Assembly: GCF_000372725.1 (NCBI RefSeq)
Contig: NW_005201287.1
Location: forward strand, 264,986 to 328,985
Source: Emiliania huxleyi CCMP1516
Taxonomy: Eukaryota
Direction: 5' to 3'
Length of the DNA stretch: 64,000 bases
Part shown: piece after piece, positions 1 through 10,026 of the stretch
How positions within the stretch are numbered: position 1 is the first letter of the stretch
Layout of the letters: every line of letters starts with the position of its first letter
The notes under the pieces: generated by a model
Seen by the model: the letters and a program-made list of their open reading frames with translations, nothing else
What the model was told of the DNA's origin: nothing
The model's database searches: none
Program-made: the position numbers and the translations under genes

Positions 1-1975
1 CGCCGATGAGGAGGGGCTGCAGCCGATGGCGCCCAAGGGGGTGGCCTCGGTGGCCGAGGAGGAGGACTTCCTCTCGTCTATCCACGTGTTCGAGGGAGAG
101 CTCTCCTGCTGCGCGCTCGGCCACCCGGGCGGACGGCCGTGCGACCGCGAGCTGCTCGTCTTGCCCATCCTTGGGCTGTACGGCCAGATCTACGAGCAGG
201 TGCGTTGCGGGCACCCACCTCGGCCAGTCTCGCCGGATCTCGCCTAATCTCGGCGAATCTCGGGCAGGTGGTGCACTGCGGGGACCCGGCCGCCGCGAAG
301 GCGAGGGCGGAGGAGCAGCCGGAGGGCGAGTTGTCGCTGGCGACCGTCTCTCACTCAACGGACTCGACCATCGGGGGAGGAGGCGGCGGCGGAGGAGGAG
401 CAGGAGGAGGAGGCGAGGCGGGCGGTGACCCGTACCCGATCTCGGAGCAATCTCGCTGCCCTCCGATGCGGTCCGAGATGCGGTCCGAGGCGAGGGGCGG
501 CGGCCGGCACGCGAGGGCGTGCGACCAGTGCGACGAGGCCAACTCGCCGCACAAGGCGCTGCGCTTCAGCGGGGCCGAGACGGCGGGCGACCCTACGAGC
601 GACGAGAGCCGCCGTCGCTCCTGCGCTTCTGACGACGTGGCGCGACGAGCCGTGCCCCCTTCGGCTCCGCACAGCCCTCCCGTTTCTGGACGCGCGGCCC
701 TTCGCTTCTTAGGCGCGGGCAAGCGTGACTACACTCCTACGCACTCGACACTACAGCCAAGCAAGCCTTGGCGTAGGCGCACGCTCGCGTCATCTTCGAC
801 ACGGTCCGCCCGCGCGTCAAGGCAAGCTGGCCTATGGCCACCGCTCCTCCTCCTCCTCCCTTGTGTGTCTCACACGGCACCGCTCTCCCTTGCGGCACAG
901 GCAATCTTCCCGCGAACCTACGTCCACGTCTCCGCCGCCGGCAAGGAGGAGAGACCACTTTTCGGCGACCTCATCTCGGCCATCGAGTCCGAGATCGACG
1001 CGCGGGGCGGTGGTGGCGGCCGGCTGAGGCCAACCTTTGGCAGGTACCAGCCCGGTGCGAAGTACGCTGAGCCGCTCGACGCCGCCGCCACGCCGGGCGG
1101 TCGGCCACGCATGCACCGCCCCCCTTCGTCGATCGCGAGCAGCGTGACTTCGCCCTACAGCCGCCGCCGCTCCGCCTCGACGGGGCACGCTGTCGCCTTT
1201 GGCCTTGGCGAAGCGCGCGCCTCGCGCGGCGCACTCGCCGTTCTGCCCTCTGCTCCTCCCACCTGCAGCAGCCTTCTCGGAGCCGGGAGCCCCTCCTGTG
1301 TAGGCTCGCGCACCTCTGGCGACTCGACGGCCATGCACAAGTCATTGATTCGTTCGTAGCTCCTGTTCATAGGCTCGCGACACTCCGGCGACTCGTCGCC
1401 CAACCGGCGCTCCTTCCGCTCCTCGCTCTCGCGGCACGGCAGCGAGATCAGCGGCTCGGTCAGCTCTGGCGCTGTGCGGTTCCGCGAGTCGGCGCGGCAG
1501 GCGCTCGCGCTGAGTCGAGCGGGGGTGCTCTCGGGCGGCGGAGCGAGGCGGCAGGTGCCGCGCCGCTCGTAGCTCGGCTCATCTCGGCTCATCTCGGGCT
1601 ATCTCGGGCTATCTTGGCAGGTGCCGCCGCGCCACTCGACGGCAAGCTCGACGCCGTCCAGCGGGGGCGGCGCGAGGCGGGGCGCACCTTCGCAGGCGCA
1701 GATGAGTCGAGATGAGTTCCGAGGTGAGCCGAGGTGAGCCGAGGTGATGCCCCGCCACAGGCGTGGAGCTCCTCGCCCGCCGCGTCTCCCGCGAGGCCGA
1801 GGCGGCTCGGCTCGTTCACGGAGGACGAGGACGAGGGCGGCGGCGAGGAGGAGGGCGCTGTCGCCGCGCCGTCGCAGCTCGTGTGAGCTCCTCTTGAGTG
1901 CATGCTGGCGCCGCAAGAGCAGCGCGGGATTGGTCGTTTCGCCTCGGAGACAGACCTTGGCGCCGGGCTGTAGTA
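1..1975 (+). CDS. Multi-exon hypothetical protein, 5' part outside the window; 3' end approximate
   Basis: Coding-like segments (EEEDFLSSIHVFEGELSCC..., AIFPRTYVHVSAAGKEERPLFGDLISAIESEID) are joined by introns, e.g. GT-AG 200..267 and 1555..1620, filled with ATCTCGG-type repeats. No family recognised. Confidence 0.5.
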
Positions 1976-3089
1976 GTCCGCCCACCCCCTTTCACCCCTC
2001 TCATCCGCAGTCGTACCACCGAGTGCACCCGGCTTGGGAAGCCACCTTGTACGTTAGTTGCACCCAGCGGGGGAAGCACCTCTGACGCGTACTGTCATGC
2101 AGATTACTCCTTGTTTTGTTCGTCATAGATTTAGATAGCGGAGAGCGGTATCGTTGGGAGTTGAGTGGGCGGCCTCGTCTGTAAGTAAGACTAAAGCGGG
2201 TAAGGGGCCTTAGCCTTACCCCGCTTCATTCACCCTCGCCGTGGCCTCGCTTCGCTGCTTGGTGTTTCTGAACACGGCTCGGGGGAGGGCCCTAAAACCT
2301 AAATCGTGCAGAGATCGACTTGTTCGACGACGAGAGTGGGATGGCTATCAGCTGGCGGGCGTGCAGCGGATGATAGAGGTCGGCACACCGTTCGCAAAGA
2401 GGCTTTGAGGTTGAAGCGCTCAAGCAACGACTTGCCGTGAGGAGCCGATCGCCACTTCGATGAGTCACGCTCGGCGGCGCATATCACTTGGGCTAGTTCC
2501 ACTTACAAAAAAGAAAGAAAGAAAACAGACAACCCAAGGGAGGGATGGGAGGACGGCACGCCGCCACCACACAGGGATTTTAAGGAGAGGTGTGTGGTGC
2601 GCTATCCGTCGCCCACCCTAGGGAGTCTGCCTCTTCCTATCTCTCTTCGCAGTCTCTCGCCGATTCTCGCTGCAACCTTCATGCCACCTCGCGGTCGTCC
2701 CACCCTCGTCATTCTCTCCCTTGTCACTTCCTCCTCTGTCGCGTCGTTCTCTTCTGCCTCGTCCTGCGACGCCGCCGCCTGCCGGTCCCTTGTTCTCGCG
2801 GCTTCTTTCGCCTTTCGGCGCAACTCCGTCCTCCTCGCGGCGTATCCTGGCCCCTCGAGTCTATCGAGCTCCCCTCGCGCAAGGACCACATTTCTGACTC
2901 CCACTCCGATCATTTGCCTACAGGTCATGTTGTTGCTCAGGTCCACTCTCTCTTCGAACACTCGTGCCTCTACGGATGATCCACTTACAAAACTTTGATA
3001 TGGTCAGCGTTTGAATTCTTTTTTCGAAGCCCAGCGCGGGAGGCCGCGCAGAGAGGAGGCGCTCAGCATCCGCAACCCCGCCCGTTTGC

Positions 3090-5096
3090 ATGCCCGGCCG
3101 GACGAAGGCTGGCTTGGCCGGCTCCCGGCGCGGAAACGCGTCAACGGCGGCTACTGCTGCGCCGCTCGCGCTGCCGAAACGGATCGAGGCGGCGGCGGAG
3201 AAGGGCAAGGTCGACGTGGTGCAGACGTGGCTCAGCGGGGCTGGGCGGGTTGATGCGACGTGCGTGCATCGCGGCGTGAGTGGCTGTACGCTCCTGCTGA
3301 TCGCCGCCGAACACGGTCACAAGCAGCTCGTTGAAGTGCTGCTGCAGCGCGGCGCGGAGGCGGACGCGCGAGACAGCGAAGACCACACGGCGCTGATGGC
3401 CGCCGCCGCCAAGGGCCACGAGCAGGTGGCCGAGATGCTGCTGCGGCACGGCGCAGGGATCAACCTGCAGGACAATATCGGCGGCACCGCGCTGCTAGTG
3501 GCCGCTTTCCACAACCATCCCGCCGTGGTGCTCCGCCTGCTGCGCGCGGGCGCAGACATGACACTGCGCGTTGCGGCGGGCAAGACGGCGCTACAGATTG
3601 CCAAGGAGGAGGGCCACGCCGAGTGCGTCGAGGCCTTCAGGACGTATCTCGGGGAGGTGACGGCGGCGCGCAGCAAGGCGCCGTCGGCCGAGGCGGGTGG
3701 CGCAGGGGCGAGCGGCGCACCCGCAGGCGAGGCGGTGGAAGGCAGCAGTGCTTTGGCCTCTGCCTCGAGCGGCGAGGGCGGCGTGGAGGCCGAGCCGAGC
3801 AGCGGGGCGGTGCCAGAGGAGGTCGTGCTGGCGGCTGAGCGAGGAGACGAGTCGCCGGTGCTGGCGTGGCTCGACGGCGGCGGGCGGGTGGATGAGAGGT
3901 TCGAGTACACAGGTTTTGGTGACGGCTCTCGTAAGAGCGGCATGACGCTGCTGATGCTCGCAATGGCCAATGGCCGCGCGGGGTTGGCCGAGGCGCTTCT
4001 GCGGCGCGGCGCAGATGTCTCGTTGCAGACCAGCAACGGCAGCACCGTGCTGATGTTCGCCGCCGTGAACGGCTTCGAGAAGATGGTCGAGCTGGCACTG
4101 CGGCGTGGCGCGGAGGTCGACCAGCCAAACAAGGTTGGCAGCGCTGCGCTGATCGAGGCCGCCTACAGAGGCCACGAGCGGGTTGTAGACACGCTGATCC
4201 GGCACGGCGCGGAGATCGATCTGCAGAACCAAAACGGCGACACCGCTCTGATGTTCGCCGCTGCCAACGGCCATCCCGACTTGGTGCTCCGCTTACTGCG
4301 GGCGGGCGCAGATGCGACGCTGCGCTCTAAGGATGGCGAGAACGCGCTGCGGTGGGCCAAGGAGAATGGCCACGCCGAGTGCGTGCGCGCCCTCAAGGAG
4401 CATGCGGCGGCCGAGAAGGCGGCGGAGAAGGCGGCGAAAGAGGCGGCGTGGGCTGCGGGGGCGGCGGAGAGGGAGGCGCAGAGGGCGGCGGAGGAGAAGG
4501 AGGCGGCGCGGCACGCCGACGAGCTGCTGGCGGAGGTCGAGGCTGAGAAGCGCGCCAAGGGCAAGAAGGGCAAGAAGAAGAAGAAGAAGAAGGGCGGCGG
4601 GAGCGGCGGGGCTGGGCCGTCGCAGGAGTCCGAGGCGCCGGCAGAGGCGGCGGCGACAGCCAAGCCCGCGCCGTTGGACAGGGAGGGGCTGCTCAAGCTT
4701 CTCGCGGAGCTCCACGAGGACAGGATCCGGTTCGGCATCACGCCGGAGACGTCGGTCGAGGGGCTGGCAGAGGCGCTGGGAGAGGCGGCGGGCGAGGCGA
4801 GCGAGGAGGAGGGCGACGAGGAGACGGCGGAGGCGGCCGAGGAGGAGGGCGAGGAGGAGGGCGAGGAGGAGGGCGAGGAGGCGGCAGCGGAGGCGGCAGC
4901 GGAGGCGCGCCGGCAGGCTGAGGCGGAGGCTGCGGCTGTGGCAGCGGCAGAGGAAGAGGAGGCTGCCGCAGCGGAGGAGGAGGCGGCCGAGGCGGCCGAG
5001 GCGGCAGTAGCGGCGGCAGAGGCGGCGCTCGCCGCAGCCAAGGCGAGGCGCGCGTCAGTTGCCGCTGCGAGGGCCAGGGCGCGGGAGGCGGCCTAG
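3090..5096 (+). CDS. Ankyrin-repeat protein with Lys-rich segment and Ala/Glu-rich coiled-coil tail (668 aa, intronless)
   Basis: Two blocks of ankyrin repeats (e.g. GDTALMFAAANGHPDLVLRLLRAGAD, GKTALQIAKEEGHAECV), then KGKKGKKKKKKK and an acidic tail. Confidence 0.9.
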   Translation: MPGRTKAGLAGSRRGNASTAATAAPLALPKRIEAAAEKGKVDVVQTWLSGAGRVDATCVHRGVSGCTLLLIAAEHGHKQLVEVLLQRGAEADARDSEDHTALMAAAAKGHEQVAEMLLRHGAGINLQDNIGGTALLVAAFHNHPAVVLRLLRAGADMTLRVAAGKTALQIAKEEGHAECVEAFRTYLGEVTAARSKAPSAEAGGAGASGAPAGEAVEGSSALASASSGEGGVEAEPSSGAVPEEVVLAAERGDESPVLAWLDGGGRVDERFEYTGFGDGSRKSGMTLLMLAMANGRAGLAEALLRRGADVSLQTSNGSTVLMFAAVNGFEKMVELALRRGAEVDQPNKVGSAALIEAAYRGHERVVDTLIRHGAEIDLQNQNGDTALMFAAANGHPDLVLRLLRAGADATLRSKDGENALRWAKENGHAECVRALKEHAAAEKAAEKAAKEAAWAAGAAEREAQRAAEEKEAARHADELLAEVEAEKRAKGKKGKKKKKKKGGGSGGAGPSQESEAPAEAAATAKPAPLDREGLLKLLAELHEDRIRFGITPETSVEGLAEALGEAAGEASEEEGDEETAEAAEEEGEEEGEEEGEEAAAEAAAEARRQAEAEAAAVAAAEEEEAAAAEEEAAEAAEAAVAAAEAALAAAKARRASVAAARARAREAA

Positions 5097-5532
5097 CCCG
5101 CGCGCAAGGACAGCTGGCGCAGTGGCAGCCATGGGGAAGGGTCTCTCGTACTCTGGGGCGCGTTCTCTCGTGAACGATCGTGGCTGTGGGCTGGGCCCCG
5201 CGCCGCGCGGGCGCGCGTGCGGTCCCTCGAGGTCTCGCCGGGAGCTGCTAACACAGCCGTACGAAGGGTGGGCGGTGGCGCGAGAAAGTTGCAACTCGCA
5301 TAGAGTGCGAGTGCATCTCTCAGCGCAGAGTGACTCAGAGTGTGGGTGTGGCTGTGGCGACACCGTGTGGGCGTGCAGTCCGGGAGTGGGGTTTCGGGAG
5401 CGCGGCTTTTCCCTACGGGGCACATGTTGTCCAACGTCGAAATCAGCGCACACATATCGGCAAGCTTCTCTCTCTTTCTTCGGGTTAGGGAGTCTGTGTG
5501 AGTGCGGGCAGCGTGGCAGGCAATCACGGGCC

Positions 5533-5637
5533 CTTGGAGCACTTTTGGAGTGTGCGGTGCAGTCGGCAGCCTCACATCCAGGGCCGGGGAGCTCAGAAGC
5601 ACACCCAGCGGGCCGGATCATGATCGGGATCGGGCTA
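5533..5637 (-). mobile_element. Copy of ~115-bp dispersed SINE-like repeat (CTTGGAGCACTTGGAGTGC family)
   Basis: Aligns with copies at 20785, 27798, 33109 and 62682 (GGCAGCCTCACATCCAGGGCCGGGGAGCTCAGAAGC...). Strand inferred from the position of the tandem tail. Confidence 0.7.
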
Positions 5638-5640
5638 CTT

Positions 5641-6339
5641 GCGCAAAAAGGTACATCTCGGTGCCTTCCAGAGGCAGCTGCGACCCCGCCGAGTGGACGG
5701 TAACACACAGCAGGTGGCGCGGTGTGTGTTACCGTCCACTCGGCTCTGGGTCGCAGCTGCCTCTGCGCGTCCTGGGTATGTACCTTTGTCGCGCGCCGGA
5801 GACGACTCGACGCCGCTGAGATCGCGGATCAAGCTCTGACAGGTCGCACGTCGCTCCTTTGACGCCGACGTGACTCACCCGTGCAGATCACATCAGGACA
5901 CGGTCTCGACGCGCTCGGTACGACGCCTGCGACCCGTCTCCGGTCAAGTGGCACGACGCTCATCGCGCCCGCCAGCGCTGCCGTGCAGGTTGCCACGACG
6001 AGGTCGAGCACGCTTCTATACGCTCGCCGAGCCTTCCTTTCCATCCCATTAGGCAGCCTGGGAATGGTGGCGGTCAGAGGCAAAGCCTGCGAGGGGTGGT
6101 GGAACCACATGTCACGGCTACTGCCGGCTCGACCCCACGATAGCCTCCGAAGGCTGACTTTGCGGCACCATCATCGGACGATGTCGACGAGTTGGGTCGC
6201 TCTCGCGGTAGCCAGATGACCTCTCATACTAGTATCATCGGCCATGGCCGCAGGAAGCGCGGGGGATTCCGCTGGGAGCAACACGGAGCTCCGTTGGACG
6301 CGTTTTCAAGATTAGCGTGTCAGAGTGAATTGGAACTAG
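5641..6339 (+). mobile_element. Left-truncated copy of the TIR (MITE-like) element found complete at 8854..9607
   Basis: Near-identical to 8907..9610 over ~700 bp; retains a diverged right TIR (GTGAATTGGAAC followed by TAGCC). Confidence 0.85.
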
Positions 6340-6741
6340 CCATGGCGATCGCAATTCCCCGGGGAAGCCGAGGTCATGAGTCGGGTTCGGCGACATGGTG
6401 TACGCCACGGTCCCTGTCTATGGGCTCCGTGGCGACGAGGGTTGCCCGCCCGGGACTGGCTCGCTAGCGAGCGAGCTCTCCGAGCCGTGGGTCTCGCCTT
6501 TTGTGTGTGTATCGCGCGCCTTGCGGGGGGGTGGGGGGGGGGGAAAAAGAAACCTTTTAGCCCCTTCCCCATGGTGTTGACAGATCCCGGAGACGATTTT
6601 TTTTCCTCTTCCCCCGGGCCCCCCCCCCCCCCCCCCCCCTCCAAGCTGCACCCCCGCCTGGACGGTGGCGGACGTGCCGAGAGACAAAATTGGCTGCCGC
6701 TGACATTTGCCGGATTAGCTGCTGCCGCATACTCTACGGCC

Positions 6742-8496
6742 ATGTCCATTGCTGAGCCGCTGCGGCCCAAACCGTCCACGGCCTACGTGGCGAAACAGCG
6801 CCATTCCCACAATTTGTCGCAGAACGTGGAACCGCTCTCTGCGTGGGAGCCGCCACCGGCGCTCCAAGGCCAGTGGGCCCGCGGTGCATATGGGATGAAG
6901 TTCTACACAACCGGCATGATCAACTACGTGGTCTCGTGGCTCCTTTTCATACCGCTCATGCCGCTGTTCGCGCTGCTCTTCCTCTTCTGCGCGCTGCTCC
7001 GCCCGGTGCCGAAGAGCTGCAGTGGGCCGATCAGCTACGGCGTTGCTGTCGGTTGGCAGTATTTGGCGTACGTCTGCGTCACGTTTGGGTGCCTTCGGCA
7101 CACCTACTTTTCGTTGCTCGTGATGCGCGCCAAGCAGCTCGCGGACTTCCTCTTCACGACCAGCCTCACCCTCTCGTACTTCCCCTACTCTGAAGCCGTC
7201 GGCTCGATGGACTACTTCTATTTCAACGGCTTGTACGTCGGCTCGTACGACTACGTCCGCTCGCTCATCCTCGATGCCAAGCGCGAACGCTCCCTCTCGC
7301 TCGGCTCGGTTGCCCTCTCCCTCCCGCGCAGCTTCTCACCGCTCACGTCTGCTTCAGTTTCGGCTCGCCGTACCACTCGAACTAATTATATTCATCCTAA
7401 TTAATAATTCATTAGGCCGGTCTTCTTCAGCACCGGCTCGCCATACCACTCCGCGTGGCGAACCGTCTTCTTCCGTGAGTTCACGCGCCGCGCCGACGTG
7501 CAAGCGATGCTAGCCGACGACGCGGCGGGCCTCGCGGCCGTCGCCGCACCCTACATCAGAGAGTGGTTGGCGGTCGGCGATTTCCACACGCGCGAGCACG
7601 TCTCGGCCTGCATCTTCCGCCTCCTCGCTCGCATCCTCTTTGGCATCGAGACCGTGCCCCAATCGCTCCTCGCCGCCGCGCAGGCATTTGGCTCCAGCAT
7701 GGGCGCCTTCACGGCCGTCGCCCCCGCGTGGGCGCACTCGCTGCTCTGTGGCAAGCTGCAGGCCAGCTATGGCGAGCCGGCGCGCTACGGCCTCTCCTCC
7801 TACCTCCTCGAGCACTGCAACGCCGCCAAGCCCGCCGCCCTCAAGGGGCGGCCCTTTGACTGGGCGGCCATGGCGGCCGAGTGCCTCCGCAGCGGCGCCC
7901 TCGCCGACGACGAGGGGCACCGCCCCGGCAGCGGCGGCCACGCGGACGCGCCTCTCGACCCCGCGCACGTTCGATCGTACGTGCAGAGTGTCGTCGACGG
8001 CCTCCTTTTCGCCGGGCTGATCGGCACCTCCACCCTCGTCGACACGTCAGCCCTGCCGCGGCTGCGCGGCGTGTACAAGCCCGAGGGAGGCCGCCCAGAG
8101 ACGCTCCTCTCCGCCGCGGAGCACCTCGCGCTCTACCGGCAGCGGCCCCGCCCCTGGCTGCTCGAGGCGGTCCGGCTGCAGCCGCCCGTCATGTCCTCCT
8201 CCAAGGTAACGCCCGCCGGCGGCACCCGCTGCCCCTTCCGCGGCGCCGAGCGCATCCTGCCCGAGGGCACCTTCGTGGTCGCCAACCTGTACCACGCCTC
8301 CACCGACCCTGCGGCGTGGGGCAACGACGCGCACGACTTCAAGCCCGGCCGCCCGGCCGATAAGTACCTGAACTGGAACGGCCCGTTCGGCGGCGACGCG
8401 CCGCGCCAATGCCCGGGCGAGCACCTGTCCTTGGAGATGGGGAAGGCGCTCGTCGACGCGTGGGTCGAGGCCAAGGCGCCGCCGCTCGAGGCGTGA
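6742..8496 (+). CDS. Cytochrome P450, atypical (CYP74-like heme loop); exons 6742..7346 and 7416..8496
   Basis: N-terminal hydrophobic segments, K-helix EAVR (ExxR), DFKPGR (PERF-like) and WNGPFGGDAPRQCPG with the heme Cys. The GT-AG intron 7347..7415 joins the two ORFs in frame. Confidence 0.85.
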
Positions 8497-8853
8497 GGAT
8501 CTTGGGCGTACCAGCCCCACCCCCGCTCCGGGGGGGGCAGCCACGCCCGACTCCGTCGATGCGCGACTCTCGACGCGCGTAGTTAGTTGTAGTAGAGCGT
8601 AGAGTACAGACAGTCGAGCATGTGTGTGAGTCAGAGGTCTGCGTGATAAGGAGACTCGCCGAGTCACTGTCATGATCGAGCCTCCCGGCGATCGAGGACT
8701 AGCACTAACCAGCGACCGTCCACGTACCAGCTACCACGCACGATACATCGTCGGTAGAGCCCGTACAAAAGCCGTGGTGTGCGTGCGAGCCTGCCTGCGA
8801 GCCGTATATACAGAGAGCGGGCCGCGCCCGCGCGTAGAGCGCCCGCATGGCTA

Positions 8854-9607
8854 GTGCCATTTCACTGTGGCACAGATCGCGTTACAAAACCTTGATTTGA
8901 CCATTTGCGCCATTTGGTACCTCTCGGTGCCTTCCAGAGGCAGCTGCGACCCCGCCAAGTGGACGGGGGCTCGCACTCGGCAGGTGGCGCGAGTGCCCCC
9001 GTCCACTCGGCGGGATCGCAGCTGACTCTGCGCGTCCTGGAGATGTACCAAATTGTCGCCGCCGGAGACGACTCGACGCCGCTGAGATCGGAGATCAAGC
9101 TCTGACAGGTCGCACGTCGCTCCTTTGACGCCGACGTGACTCACCCGTGCAGATCACATCAGGACACGGTCTCGACGCGCTCGGTACGACGCCTGCGACC
9201 CGTCTCCGGTCAAGTGGCACGACGCTCATCGCGCCCGCCAGCGCTGCCGTGCAGGTTGCCACGACGAGGTCGAGCACGCTTCTATACGCTCGCCCAGCCT
9301 TCCTTTCCATCCCATTAGGCAGCCTGGGAACGGTGGCGGTCAGAGGCAAAGCCTGCGAGGGGTGGTGGAACCACATGTCACGGCGCTACTGCCGGCTCGA
9401 CCCCACGATAGCCCCGAAGGCTGACTTTGCGGCACCATCATCGGACGATGTCGACGAGTTGGGTCGCTCTCGCGGTAGCCAGATGACCTCTCATACTAGT
9501 AGCACCGGCCATGGCCGCAGGAAGCTCGGGGGAGGGCGCTGGGAGCAACACGGAGCTCCGTTGGACGCGTTTTCAAGATTAGCGTGTGTCAGAGTGAGAA
9601 ATGGCAC
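8854..9607 (+). mobile_element. Non-autonomous TIR DNA transposon (MITE-like, ~750 bp), TA (or CTAG) target duplication
   Basis: Ends GTGCCATTTC...GAAATGGCAC (imperfect TIR extends to ~20 bp), flanked by GGCTA and TAGCC, i.e. insertion into the palindrome GGCTAGCC. Second copy at 5641..6339. No transposase ORF. Confidence 0.85.
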
Positions 9608-10026
9608 TAGCCTCAGAGGGGTTAGGAGAGAGGGTGTGAGTGCATCCTCTGAGGGTTTTGGGGGCTCAATTCTTTCTTCACTTGAGGATCTGTTATATAT
9701 ATCTCCGCGGCACAAAAGCTGAGAAACTGTCCGCCGGGCCCCGGGCCCGCGGCCCCCCCCGGCCGGCCCCGCGGCCGCGCGCGGTGGCGGGCGGGCGGCG
9801 GCGCGGTTCACAGTGTCTCTCCTCGCGCGGCGAGCACCGCAGAGCGCAGTCCGCGCGTGGAGTTCGCCCCCCCCCCCCCCCTGACCTCCCCGGCTCAAGT
9901 GAACAGCGACAACACCCAAGCACACATCTCAGTGCACGGCGAGCGCGTCCTCGACGGAAGCTCCCAAGCTCCACCCAGAGAGAGTCCGCAGGGTGGTGGC
10001 CACGCGCTTCTTCTGAGCAGCTCGCG

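Noticed and set aside
4163..5041. Long Ala/Ser/Arg-rich ORFs antisense to or overlapping real genes (also 9857..10849, 12780..13748, 56040..57782)
   Set aside because: Shadow frames caused by high GC and repetitive coding sequence.
5710..5720. CTCF-like motif CAGGTGGCGC in the hairpin loop
   Set aside because: CTCF is restricted to bilaterian animals; a short GC-rich match is likely coincidental.
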